Source of the DNA: Candidatus Proteinoplasmatales archaeon SG8-5 | Lineage (GTDB): Archaea; Thermoplasmatota; Thermoplasmata; SG8-5 | NCBI GenBank assembly: GCA_001595885.1 | Contig: LSSH01000085.1 | Span: 1 to 41,093, forward strand | DNA: 41,093 nucleotides | Reading direction: 5' to 3' | In this document: positions 1-8,121 of the stretch, piece by piece | How the letters are laid out: each line of letters opens with the position of its first letter | How positions within the stretch are numbered: the stretch's first letter is position 1 | Translations under genes and position numbers: made by a program | Notes under the pieces: generated by a model | Database searches by the model: none | Told to the model about the DNA's origin: nothing | The model's input: the letters and a program-made list of their open reading frames with translations, nothing else

Positions 1-1335
1 GATCGCATCGGCCTGCTCGTAGGCATATGACGCACCCTCCAGGTCGCCCTGCCTCTCGAGGAGTTCTCCCCGGCGCACCCAGGCCTTGTCGAAGTAGGGG
101 TTGAGCATCAGCGCGTTGCCCAGAGCGTCCATAGCCTCGTCCGGCCTTCCCAGCCAGTCCAGCACGTTGGCCTTGGCGAGCCAGGAATGGTCGTAGTTAG
201 GATTGAGCTCCAGGGATTGCGCTATCAGCTCCAGGCCCTCCTCCAACTCTCCCGTCCGGGCCAGGGCGTAGCCCTTTGCATACAGGGCATAATCGAAGTC
301 CGGCTTGAACTCCAGGGCCTTGTCGTGATATTCGAGCGATTCTTCGTGGCGACCCATCTTGTCCAGGGCGTTGCCGATGTTGTTCCAGGCTATCTCATAG
401 TCGGGGCACACCTCGATGGCCCACTCGAAATAGGGGATGGATTCCTCGTAGTTGCCGAGGTTGTAGTAGGCGTTGCCGATGTTGTTCCACAGGACCTCGT
501 CGCCCTTGTCTATCTCCAGCGCGGCCTTGTAGCACTCGATCGCTTCCTGCAATCGACCGGCGTTGTGGAGCGCGTATCCCTTGTTGTACCACCCCTGCTT
601 GAACTTCGGGTGTATCTCCAGGGCTGCTTCGTAGCACTTCACCGCTTCGTCATGAACGCCCAGCATGAACAACGCGAGCCCCTTGTTGCTCCAGGCCTCG
701 AAATGGCCCGGCTCCCTCTCCAGCACCCTGTCGAAGTACCCGAGAGCCTCGTTGTACTCTTCCATCGCGTAAAGGACGTTGCCCATGCCGCAGACGGCGT
801 TGAGGTTCTCAGGCTCTATGTCGAGCAGCCGCCCGTATGTTTCCAGTGCTTCTTCCGAGTCGCCGAGGGCCTGCATGAGCCGCGCCCTGGCCAGCAGCGC
901 CTTGGGATCTTCCTGATGTTGGTGTCCGACCCTTTCCACCAGCTTGAGGGCCTCCTTCCTGCGGCCGACGGAGATCAGGGCGATGGCCTTGTCGTAGTAG
1001 GCCACGTAATATTCCGGCTCGACCTTGAGGACGCGGTCGTACAGCTTCAGGGCCGCCTCGACCTCTCCGAGGTAGGTCAGCGAATTGGCCTTGTTGTACA
1101 ATGCCAGGGTGTATGCGGGGTCGATCTTCAGGGCCGCGTCATACATCTCCACTGCCTCCCCGTGCCTGCCCAGCGCGTCGAGAGCCACCCCGTAGTTATT
1201 GATGATTACGGCGTGGTCCGGATTCTTCTCGAGTGCCCTCTTGTAGAACCTCAGCGAATCCTTGAAGCGACCGCAGTTGGACAGGAGATTGGCCTTCAGG
1301 AAATCCTCGTCCTCGGGGCCCGGTGAACCGGCCAT
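1..1335 (-). CDS. Tetratricopeptide-repeat (TPR) protein, 3' end runs off the window
   Basis: Manual translation of the minus strand from ATG at 1335 (MAGSPGPEDEDFLKANLL...) is open to base 1. It contains about 12 tandem 34-aa TPR units (e.g. AWSNKGLALFMLG..DEAVKCYEAALEIHP; LWNNIGNAYYNLGNYEESIPYFEWAIEVCP). It is missing from the ORF track because there is no stop in the window. Confidence 0.93.
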   Translation of the reverse strand, partial: MAGSPGPEDEDFLKANLLSNCGRFKDSLRFYKRALEKNPDHAVIINNYGVALDALGRHGEAVEMYDAALKIDPAYTLALYNKANSLTYLGEVEAALKLYDRVLKVEPEYYVAYYDKAIALISVGRRKEALKLVERVGHQHQEDPKALLARARLMQALGDSEEALETYGRLLDIEPENLNAVCGMGNVLYAMEEYNEALGYFDRVLEREPGHFEAWSNKGLALFMLGVHDEAVKCYEAALEIHPKFKQGWYNKGYALHNAGRLQEAIECYKAALEIDKGDEVLWNNIGNAYYNLGNYEESIPYFEWAIEVCPDYEIAWNNIGNALDKMGRHEESLEYHDKALEFKPDFDYALYAKGYALARTGELEEGLELIAQSLELNPNYDHSWLAKANVLDWLGRPDEAMDALGNALMLNPYFDKAWVRRGELLERQGDLEGASYAYEQADAI

Positions 1336-1365
1336 ACACCCAAATACACCTCATAGGCTAAAAAC

Positions 1366-2457
1366 CTACGCAGTTTTGAAATCATAATAATCGCTGAGGA
1401 GCTCTTCCAGCTCCCTAAGTTTCTCTTCCAGGAGGGTCCTGGTCTTGACCTCCCGCATCATCGATGTGCTCAGGCCGTTCAGGCTGTCGTCGTAGGGCGG
1501 CTTCTCGCCAAGCAGCGAGAACACCATCATGTGCGCGAGGTTGACATTCTCCGTTGTGTTGTACCCTCCCTCGATTGCCACGCTGAGCTTGCCCTTGTTC
1601 AGCTCCTTCAGGCGCCGGACGAACTCGTAATATCCGTTCCCGGTCAGCTGCAGGTTGCACTGGGTATCGGTGTAGTGTGAGTCGAAGCCCACCAGGCACA
1701 TGGTGAAATCGGGCTTGTATTGCTCATGAATGGGTTTCACAAGCTTCTCGAGCACATACAGGTATTCCTCGTCTCCCGAGTTCTCGGGCAATTCCATGTT
1801 AACGTTGTAGCCGCGGCCCTTGCCCCGACCGATCTGGTGGATGAACCCGTCATGCGGATAGAAGTCGTGCGGGTCCCTGTGCATTGATAGGTTGAGGACG
1901 GTCGGGTCCTCGTAGAATATCCTCATCGTGCCGTTGCCTGCGTGGGCGTCGATGTCGACTATCATTATCCTCTCGGCCAGTCCCTCGTCCAGGAGGACGC
2001 TCGATGCGATGGCCGCGTTGTTGAAGATGCAGTAGCCGCCGAAGGAATCCGTGCTGGCATGATGGCCTGGCGGGCGAACCAGTGCAAACGAGGTGTCAGC
2101 CTCTCCGCATGCGACCAGTTGCGAGGCTTTTATGACAGCCCCTACAGCCGATATTGCAGCCTTGAACGTATTCGGGGCAAGATAGGTGCTGTCACCGAGG
2201 AAGCCGCCCCCCCTCTCGCAATAATTCTTAACGAAATTTATGTACCCCTCGTCGTGAACCGTTCTCAGCTGGTCCTCAGTGGCTGGCGGGAAATCGGTCA
2301 CGAGGGTGCAATCTGGCCTTTCGAAGAGCCGGAGACGCCCCTCGAGGAAGTTCATGATCCTGATGAGCCTCGTGGGATTCTCAGGGCTTGACACCTCGGA
2401 CTTATGGACGATGTGGTTGGTGTTGTGTACTATCGCGCATTTTTTGATATCGGACAT
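1366..2457 (-). CDS. Zn-dependent histone deacetylase / AcuC-family deacetylase
   Basis: Motifs PENPTRL, RPPGHHA, GGYCIFNN, DIDAHAGNGT, GFDSH, EGGY. Confidence 0.93.
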   Translation of the reverse strand: MSDIKKCAIVHNTNHIVHKSEVSSPENPTRLIRIMNFLEGRLRLFERPDCTLVTDFPPATEDQLRTVHDEGYINFVKNYCERGGGFLGDSTYLAPNTFKAAISAVGAVIKASQLVACGEADTSFALVRPPGHHASTDSFGGYCIFNNAAIASSVLLDEGLAERIMIVDIDAHAGNGTMRIFYEDPTVLNLSMHRDPHDFYPHDGFIHQIGRGKGRGYNVNMELPENSGDEEYLYVLEKLVKPIHEQYKPDFTMCLVGFDSHYTDTQCNLQLTGNGYYEFVRRLKELNKGKLSVAIEGGYNTTENVNLAHMMVFSLLGEKPPYDDSLNGLSTSMMREVKTRTLLEEKLRELEELLSDYYDFKTA

Positions 2458-2466
2458 GTCAACATC

Positions 2467-3069
2467 TCAGTTCTTCAGGTTCTTCTCCAGCGAATGGGTG
2501 CGTATGGCCACCGCCACTTCGCCCCGTGTCTTCTCCAGCACGCCCCTGGCAACGTCCTGCTTCCTCTTGATGGCAACGAGGGAGTTCGGGTAGTGGAAGC
2601 CCATCAGGAACTCGTAGAGGGATTCCATGGTCTCGAGGTATTCTGACGCGTCCTCCACCTCTCCCCTCCTGATATTGTCGAGGGCCTGGCGCCTCACCTC
2701 GCCGATCAGGTCGCCGATCCCTAGCAGATAAGCCTCGGGGGTGACGTTCAGGTCCTTCGGCGACGGGAGCGGCTGCTTCGACAGGATGGCACTGAACACC
2801 CTGGCCTCGGTGTACTCCTGCATCGCTGTTTCCACGAAACCCGCGTGCTTGATATCTGGAAAATCACGGGTGATGCCCACGAGCTTCTGAAGGCCATCGG
2901 TGGCTTCTGCCAGCATGTCGTCCACGTCCTTGCCTTTGTGTAGATCCCGAACCGCACTGCCGCACAACCGCGTTATGCCGCGGGAAGCCTTGAGGGCCAC
3001 CTCCCTGACCTCGTCCTTCTCATCCAGCTCGCTCTCGATCTGAGCGGCTATCTCTCCCAATCGCTCCAT
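2467..3069 (-). CDS. Archaeal translin/TRAX (C3PO-like) RNA-binding nuclease
   Basis: All-helical 200 aa with QEYTEA and YLLGIGDLIGEVRR motifs and C-terminal KRKQDVARGVLEKT. Confidence 0.85.
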   Translation of the reverse strand: MERLGEIAAQIESELDEKDEVREVALKASRGITRLCGSAVRDLHKGKDVDDMLAEATDGLQKLVGITRDFPDIKHAGFVETAMQEYTEARVFSAILSKQPLPSPKDLNVTPEAYLLGIGDLIGEVRRQALDNIRRGEVEDASEYLETMESLYEFLMGFHYPNSLVAIKRKQDVARGVLEKTRGEVAVAIRTHSLEKNLKN

Positions 3070-3177
3070 CAGACACTGGATGTATATGTGAGTTAATATT
3101 CTTTGCCATTGAAATGAAAAAAAATTTAAGGTAGGGAAAAGGTTAAAGTATCGTACAGGATAAATGAGGATGAGAGC

Positions 3178-3729
3178 ATGGAGAAACAGGGCATTGCCTT
3201 CATTGCCGCGATCGTTGGGCTCGTCGTCATCGTTTCAGGGCTGTCATACCTATACATTGGCTCGGGACAGACGGGTTATGAGAACGGCAACGGTGTGGAC
3301 GACCCGAACGAGGGGCTTCAGCTGGCTCCCGTCTTCACACTGCCTCAGGTGGGCGGAGGGAATGTCATGTTGGCCGATTACTCTGGCAAGGTCCTTGTGC
3401 TCGATTTCATGGCTACTTGGTGCGGTCCGTGCGTCACCGAGATAGGACATCTCAAGGAGATCGACCAGAAATACGGCAGCGATGTGGCCATCGTTTCCAT
3501 TGACGTCGATAGGGACGAGGACGATGCCATCCTCCAGCCGTTCATCGCCCAGCATGGGATCACCTGGCCCGTGCTCAGGGACACCGGAGGTGTTTCCGCG
3601 GCATCGGGATACAGCGCCAGCAGCATTCCGACGCTCGTCATCGTTAACCAGGACGGTTATATCAAGGACAGGTTCGTCGGTGTGACTTCGGCATCGACCC
3701 TTGAAAGCGTGATCGATTCGATTTTATAG
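3178..3729 (+). CDS. Membrane-anchored TlpA/ResA-like thiol-disulfide oxidoreductase
   Basis: N-terminal hydrophobic helix, APVFTLP, LDFMATWCGPC (CxxC), IPTLVIVNQDG. Confidence 0.9.
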   Translation: MEKQGIAFIAAIVGLVVIVSGLSYLYIGSGQTGYENGNGVDDPNEGLQLAPVFTLPQVGGGNVMLADYSGKVLVLDFMATWCGPCVTEIGHLKEIDQKYGSDVAIVSIDVDRDEDDAILQPFIAQHGITWPVLRDTGGVSAASGYSASSIPTLVIVNQDGYIKDRFVGVTSASTLESVIDSIL

Positions 3730-3764
3730 AGAAAAGGCTTTTACCAGCAAGGGAATTTCACTGC

Positions 3765-4232
3765 GTGTACGTTCTAGACGCCACTGCACTGAGGACAGGA
3801 ATCGCCACCGACGGTTCACAGGAGTGGTTCACCACGCCTTCGGTACTCGAGGAGATCAGGCTGGGGAAGGTGGCCAGGGACCTGAGGATGCTGGAGGGCG
3901 TTCACCTGGTGGTCAAGGCCCCTAGGGAGGACTGCAGGGAGCGTATCCTGGAGGCCTCCGCGGTCACTGGGGATGATGAAAGGCTCTCGGTCACGGACAT
4001 CGATGTCCTGGCCCTGGCCTTGGAAATGAGCGCCACCGTGCTGTCTGACGATTATTCGATCCAGAACGTGGCCAAGAGACTGGGCTTGGAATATGCAGGC
4101 ACTGCGGAACCGGGCATCAGAGAGGTGTTCGACTGGACCTACAGGTGCACTGGCTGCGGACGCTTTTACGATGAGAGCTCAGGCTCATGCGAGATATGCG
4201 GTTCTGACCTCAAAATGGTCAGGAAGCGGTGA
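3765..4232 (+). CDS. nob1: Nob1 family rRNA-processing endonuclease (PIN + Zn ribbon)
   Basis: YVLDATAL, LSVTDIDVLALA, SDDYSIQNVA, then CTGC...CEICG. GTG start about 20 nt after a TATA-like element. Confidence 0.9.
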   Translation: MYVLDATALRTGIATDGSQEWFTTPSVLEEIRLGKVARDLRMLEGVHLVVKAPREDCRERILEASAVTGDDERLSVTDIDVLALALEMSATVLSDDYSIQNVAKRLGLEYAGTAEPGIREVFDWTYRCTGCGRFYDESSGSCEICGSDLKMVRKR

Positions 4233-4661
4233 TCACTCCTCTTCCTCTTCCTGAATGCGCCAGACGCCTTCTGGTATCTCTTCGTATATGGAGCGTATGT
4301 CCTCGTCCTGCTCGTCGTCGTAGGCCCCGCCCTTACCTGCCAGGTGCAATATCTTCTCCTTCTTGAACAGCCAGTAATGGATGCGCCACTCCCTTCCGTC
4401 GTAGAGTGTCGTCTCCTCCCTTTCGGTCGTCAGGAGGCCCGAGTCCTCGAGCATGTAGAACGCGTCCCTGTCCTCGGGCTCCAGGATGTTGTCGATAATC
4501 CTCTCGCTGTATCCGAAAAAGTTCATAACGTGCTGGGCCATCTGCCTGGCCTCGTCTTCGGGCATGCCCTTCCTGTCGATGCTGTTCCTGATAGCCTTCG
4601 TCAGGTCATTTACCGTGAGCGTTACAAATTCGCCTTGCTTCGTTTTCGTCATCAACGCCAT
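4233..4661 (-). CDS. Conserved archaeal protein, DUF6015-like, probable winged helix
   Basis: ERIIDNILEPEDRDAFYMLEDSGLLTTEREETTLYDGREWRIHYW resembles a Thermoplasmata-type DUF6015 signature, recalled from memory. Start placed at ATG 4661. Confidence 0.65.
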   Translation of the reverse strand: MALMTKTKQGEFVTLTVNDLTKAIRNSIDRKGMPEDEARQMAQHVMNFFGYSERIIDNILEPEDRDAFYMLEDSGLLTTEREETTLYDGREWRIHYWLFKKEKILHLAGKGGAYDDEQDEDIRSIYEEIPEGVWRIQEEEEE

Positions 4662-4696
4662 TTGATCGCCTTTTGTTTTGTGCCCACGCTCCGTGC

Positions 4697-4726
4697 TATG
4701 ACAACTAGTTTTCATACGTATAAATA
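4697..4726. promoter_or_regulatory. 20-bp near-perfect palindrome next to a TATA box in the DUF6015/cdc6 divergent promoter
   Basis: TATGACAACT|AGTTTTCATA (4697-4716, 9 of 10 pairs) followed by TATAAATA (4719-4726). Confidence 0.55.
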
Positions 4727-4784
4727 ACTTTCGTCATTTGGGTTGTGCAAAAGGGTTATCATTGCCTTCGTTGATGCGGGGTTG

Positions 4785-5954
4785 ATGACGGGGTTTGAGG
4801 AAGTTCCACAGCGGATAATTTCTGACTATTCCAAACTTGAGTTCGATTACGTGCCAGATACACTGGTCCACAGGGACGCGCAGATGAAACAGCTGACCTC
4901 GATCTTCTCCCCGGTCGTGGACGCCAATAGGAGCCAGAAAGTGTTCCTGACCGGTGGTGTCGGTTCGGGCAAATCCGCGCTCTCGAAGCGCTTTTGCCTC
5001 GATTTCAGGGACTGGGGCCGCGGCAAGGGTAAGAACATCGAGTTCGTTATTGTCAATTGCAGGTCCAGGAACACGCCCTCGGGCGTGCTCTTGAAGATAC
5101 TGGACAGGTTCCAACCAAACTTCCCGGACCGGGGATTCTCGACGACGGAGATGCTGGAGATTCTCCGAAAGCAGATCACCAGGGACAATGTATTCCTCGT
5201 TATCGTGCTGGACGAGGTCGACGTGCTGATAAAGAAATCAGGCTCCGACCTGCTTTACAGCCTGTCAAGATTTGACGATGAGAAGGTTTCAGAGCATAGG
5301 CACAGCCTATCCTTGATCCTGATATCCCAGCGGCAGATACACGATTTCCTGGACGCTGCCACGATATCGACCATCAAGCGGTCCAACCAGATCAGGTTCG
5401 ACAGGTATTCGAAGGATGAGCTCGGGGACATCGTGGGCCAGAGGGTGGACCTCGCCTTCTTTCCCGGAACCGTGGAGGATGACATCGTCGGTTTCATAGC
5501 CGGGATCGCGGCCGAGTTCGGCGATGCCAGATTTGCCATCGAGCTGTTGGAGAACTCGGGACGGATAGCCAATGAGGAGGGCGCGGAGCAGGTGATGCCG
5601 GAGCACGTGCGCACCGCGAAGGCGATGACATATTCGGTGGTGACGGAGAGCAAGATCGAGCCCCTTGAGAAGCACATGAAGCTCACCCTCCTCGCCGTTT
5701 CAAGGATAATCAGGAAGAAGACGAACGTTTCCACAGGTGAGGCAGAGGAGGCCTACGCACTCGTATGCGAGGAGTTCGGAGAGGAACCGAGGGCGCACAC
5801 GCGGTTCTGGGAGTACCTCAACTACCTGGGTGACGTGGGTCTCCTTGGCCTGAGCGCGTCCGGGAAGGGCAGGGTGGGAAAGACCACTTTGATCACTCTG
5901 CCAGACATCCCGGCAGGTATACTGGAGGAGAAGGTCCTTTCCCTATTGAAGTGA
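4785..5954 (+). CDS. cdc6: Orc1/Cdc6 replication initiator AAA+ ATPase
   Basis: DYVPDTLVHRD, Walker A GGVGSGKS, VNCR, Walker B IVLDEVD, GDARFAIELL sensor, C-terminal winged helix (GRVGKTT). The ATG at 4785 lies about 25 nt after AAAAGGGTTATCAT. Confidence 0.95.
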   Translation: MTGFEEVPQRIISDYSKLEFDYVPDTLVHRDAQMKQLTSIFSPVVDANRSQKVFLTGGVGSGKSALSKRFCLDFRDWGRGKGKNIEFVIVNCRSRNTPSGVLLKILDRFQPNFPDRGFSTTEMLEILRKQITRDNVFLVIVLDEVDVLIKKSGSDLLYSLSRFDDEKVSEHRHSLSLILISQRQIHDFLDAATISTIKRSNQIRFDRYSKDELGDIVGQRVDLAFFPGTVEDDIVGFIAGIAAEFGDARFAIELLENSGRIANEEGAEQVMPEHVRTAKAMTYSVVTESKIEPLEKHMKLTLLAVSRIIRKKTNVSTGEAEEAYALVCEEFGEEPRAHTRFWEYLNYLGDVGLLGLSASGKGRVGKTTLITLPDIPAGILEEKVLSLLK

Positions 5955-5960
5955 GGCCTT

Positions 5961-6662
5961 ATGTTGGACAACAAAAAACTCCTCATATTGCTGGTGACCG
6001 TCGCCCTGGTGGGCGTGCTCTCCTTGTTTCTGTATTCGAGCACCATCAAACCCACGGAGATGGCCATCAGCGGTATTGACGAGGGCATGGTCGGCAAGAT
6101 GGTGAAGACCTCAGGTACCGTCACCTACGCGAGGACTTTGGGCGACGGTTCCTTGTCCCTCATGCTGACCGAAATGCTTGCTGACTCTGGCATACGCGTC
6201 TATATTCCTTCCAGGGTGTCGGAGGACCTGACCGGCGTGATAATAACGCCGGGGGTCGAAATCGAGGTGGTCGGTGAGGTCGAGTTGTACGCCGATGAGG
6301 TCGAGATCTCGGTGACATCCGCTGAAGGCGTGACCGTTCTCTCTGGGTCCGTGAGTCCCGACTACGAGCTCTGGCAGGTCTTGGAATCGGTAGAGGTCCT
6401 CGAGCACATGAACCTGACCACTGAGGGAATAGCCTATGACGTCGACGTGATCGAGTCCTCTGGCAACCTCATCGGCACCAGCTTCGTGATTACCTCCAGG
6501 CATCAGAATGCCTCATACAGTCTCGACTGCATGTACTTTGATGCGGATCTGAGTCCCGCCATCGAGGATGGGGACCTGGTCAAGGTCACGGGTGTGCTCG
6601 AATTCTACATGAACAAGGGTTGCTGGCAATTGATCCTCAATGACATTGAGGTTGAGGATTAG
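5961..6662 (+). CDS. Membrane-anchored protein with two OB-fold domains
   Basis: N-terminal TM helix, then two OB-like units (VGKMVKTSGTV...GVEIEVVGEVELYADEVEI; EDGDLVKVTGVLEFYMNKGCWQLI). Confidence 0.7.
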   Translation: MLDNKKLLILLVTVALVGVLSLFLYSSTIKPTEMAISGIDEGMVGKMVKTSGTVTYARTLGDGSLSLMLTEMLADSGIRVYIPSRVSEDLTGVIITPGVEIEVVGEVELYADEVEISVTSAEGVTVLSGSVSPDYELWQVLESVEVLEHMNLTTEGIAYDVDVIESSGNLIGTSFVITSRHQNASYSLDCMYFDADLSPAIEDGDLVKVTGVLEFYMNKGCWQLILNDIEVED

Positions 6663-6699
6663 AACAAAACTTATTAACCGACTCAAACTTCTACAACCG

Positions 6700-7002
6700 A
6701 TGAGGATATTAAAGCAGAAGGTGTGGGTACATAAGAACGAGGTCGTCGAGAGCCTTACGGTGACCGAGGGAGGTAAAGTGAAGTTCTACAGCCACACCTA
6801 TATGGTCAAGGAAGGGGGAAGAGGCTGGGTGCCTTACGTGAAATGGGACAACTGGGACAGGCAGCCGCACGTCGACAAGTATGACAGCAGCGGGGCGCTG
6901 GTCGAGCAGAAGCACTGCCCGGAGAAATCGGCTGAGGAGGCTATCAAACTGGTTAAGATATTCAGGAAGAACCTGATGACGATGGACATCTCGCAGTTGT
7001 GA
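6700..7002 (+). CDS. Putative toxin, DUF6516/DUF7718-like
   Basis: About 100 aa, beta-rich, with a WDN...PHxD motif; immediately upstream of an HTH gene. Confidence 0.55.
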   Translation: MRILKQKVWVHKNEVVESLTVTEGGKVKFYSHTYMVKEGGRGWVPYVKWDNWDRQPHVDKYDSSGALVEQKHCPEKSAEEAIKLVKIFRKNLMTMDISQL

Positions 7003-7012
7003 TGGTGTATGT

Positions 7013-7453
7013 ATGAAAATTAAAATTATCAAAAAGATCAACCAACAGGAAAAGAAGAATATCATAGAATCATGGAAGAAGAGGTACGGTTCAATGTCAT
7101 CTCTGCAACACAAGGTCGGCCTGTCAAAATGCTCATCGCCCGAGGATGTTAACACCTATATAACGTGGAAATACCTCGCATCGGGAGCTGAGATGGAGGA
7201 AACGGTAACCTTCGTGAATGCCGACATCTTCGACGTCTTTTCCCCTAAAAGGGGCGAGATACTCGAGTACTTGGCCAACAACGAGGTTTCCTCGATCCGC
7301 GAGTTAGCGACCAAGCTCAGGCGTAATTATAAGAACGTGTACGATGACCTGAAAGCGCTGAATAAGTTCGAGTTGGTCGAGCTCAGGGTGGTGGGCCGAG
7401 CCCTAAAACCCTGTTCTTCCGCCTCTGCCGTAGAGGTGATATTGGAAGAATGA
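7013..7453 (+). CDS. HVO_A0114-like winged-HTH protein, putative antitoxin/regulator
   Basis: FSPKRGEILEYL..NEVSSIRELATKLRRNYKNVYDDLKALNKFELVEL. Confidence 0.75.
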   Translation: MKIKIIKKINQQEKKNIIESWKKRYGSMSSLQHKVGLSKCSSPEDVNTYITWKYLASGAEMEETVTFVNADIFDVFSPKRGEILEYLANNEVSSIRELATKLRRNYKNVYDDLKALNKFELVELRVVGRALKPCSSASAVEVILEE

Positions 7454-7517
7454 TTACCTTTTATACCATAATAACTGATGTAACATACTGGCTTCGTAGT
7501 TTACTTTTTATACCATA
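7454..7517 (+). repeat. 17-bp direct repeat, two copies with one mismatch, upstream of the KaiC operon promoter
   Basis: TTACCTTTTATACCATA (7454-7470) and TTACTTTTTATACCATA (7501-7517); TATA box TTTAAATA at 7561-7568. Confidence 0.7.
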
Positions 7518-7601
7518 TAGTTTTGAAAGGCCCAAAAAGCGCTTAATTCTGCGAAATTTATTTAAATAGGTACAGTATTTACTTGTTTAGAAGGAAAGGG
7601 C

Positions 7602-8120
7602 ATGAAAGCGCGTAAGTACGAGAATGTTGAATTTGTTATCAATCACTCAACGGACGAGATGAAGCTGAGCCTTGTTTGGAAGAAGGGCGGCCTTTACCTT
7701 TCACTGTCGGGCCTGTTCCTCACCGACGGGAACACGTGGTACGAGCTTCCGGTGAAGGAATTGGAGAATATCACGGTGGTGAGCGATACGCCGCCGAAGA
7801 TACGCCTCAAGATACCGCAGCTCGACATCATGATATCAGGAGAGAGGGCCGAGAAGCTGCTTGCACTGCGGCACTTCCTTCTGCCGTACATATCCGGTGA
7901 CGAACCGGACAGCGAGCTGAAGGCTCTCCTTCGCTTCTGGGGGATAGGAATAAAGGACGCGCCCATACTCTCAAAGTTGTTGAAAATCGATGAGGAGACT
8001 ATCGAGAAGCTGATTACCGAATCCAAGGACAGGGGTTACATAGACGGTAACGGAGAGATCACACCTGCCGGGAACAGGATGTTCTCGGACGAGGTCAACA
8101 TGGTGGGAGGGGAAGGCTAG
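7602..8120 (+). CDS. Hypothetical protein: predicted PH-like beta domain plus C-terminal winged HTH
   Basis: Beta-rich N-terminus ending in a helix; C-terminal LSKLLKIDEETIEKLITESKDRGYIDGNGEITPAGNRM fits a wHTH pattern. Confidence 0.6.
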   Translation: MKARKYENVEFVINHSTDEMKLSLVWKKGGLYLSLSGLFLTDGNTWYELPVKELENITVVSDTPPKIRLKIPQLDIMISGERAEKLLALRHFLLPYISGDEPDSELKALLRFWGIGIKDAPILSKLLKIDEETIEKLITESKDRGYIDGNGEITPAGNRMFSDEVNMVGGEG

Positions 8121-8121
8121 G

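Noticed and set aside
187-1326. 379-aa plus-strand ORF
   Set aside because: Antisense shadow of the minus-strand TPR gene; it has no motifs of its own.
7454-7517. Mini CRISPR array (repeat-30 bp spacer-repeat)
   Set aside because: Only two 17-bp copies, too short for CRISPR repeats, and no cas genes in the window.
4662-7601. Replication origin (ORB repeats) near cdc6
   Set aside because: No convincing TCCA-x-GAAAC/G-string ORB elements in the flanking intergenic regions, and the 17-bp repeats at 7454/7501 do not resemble ORBs. An origin cannot be supported.
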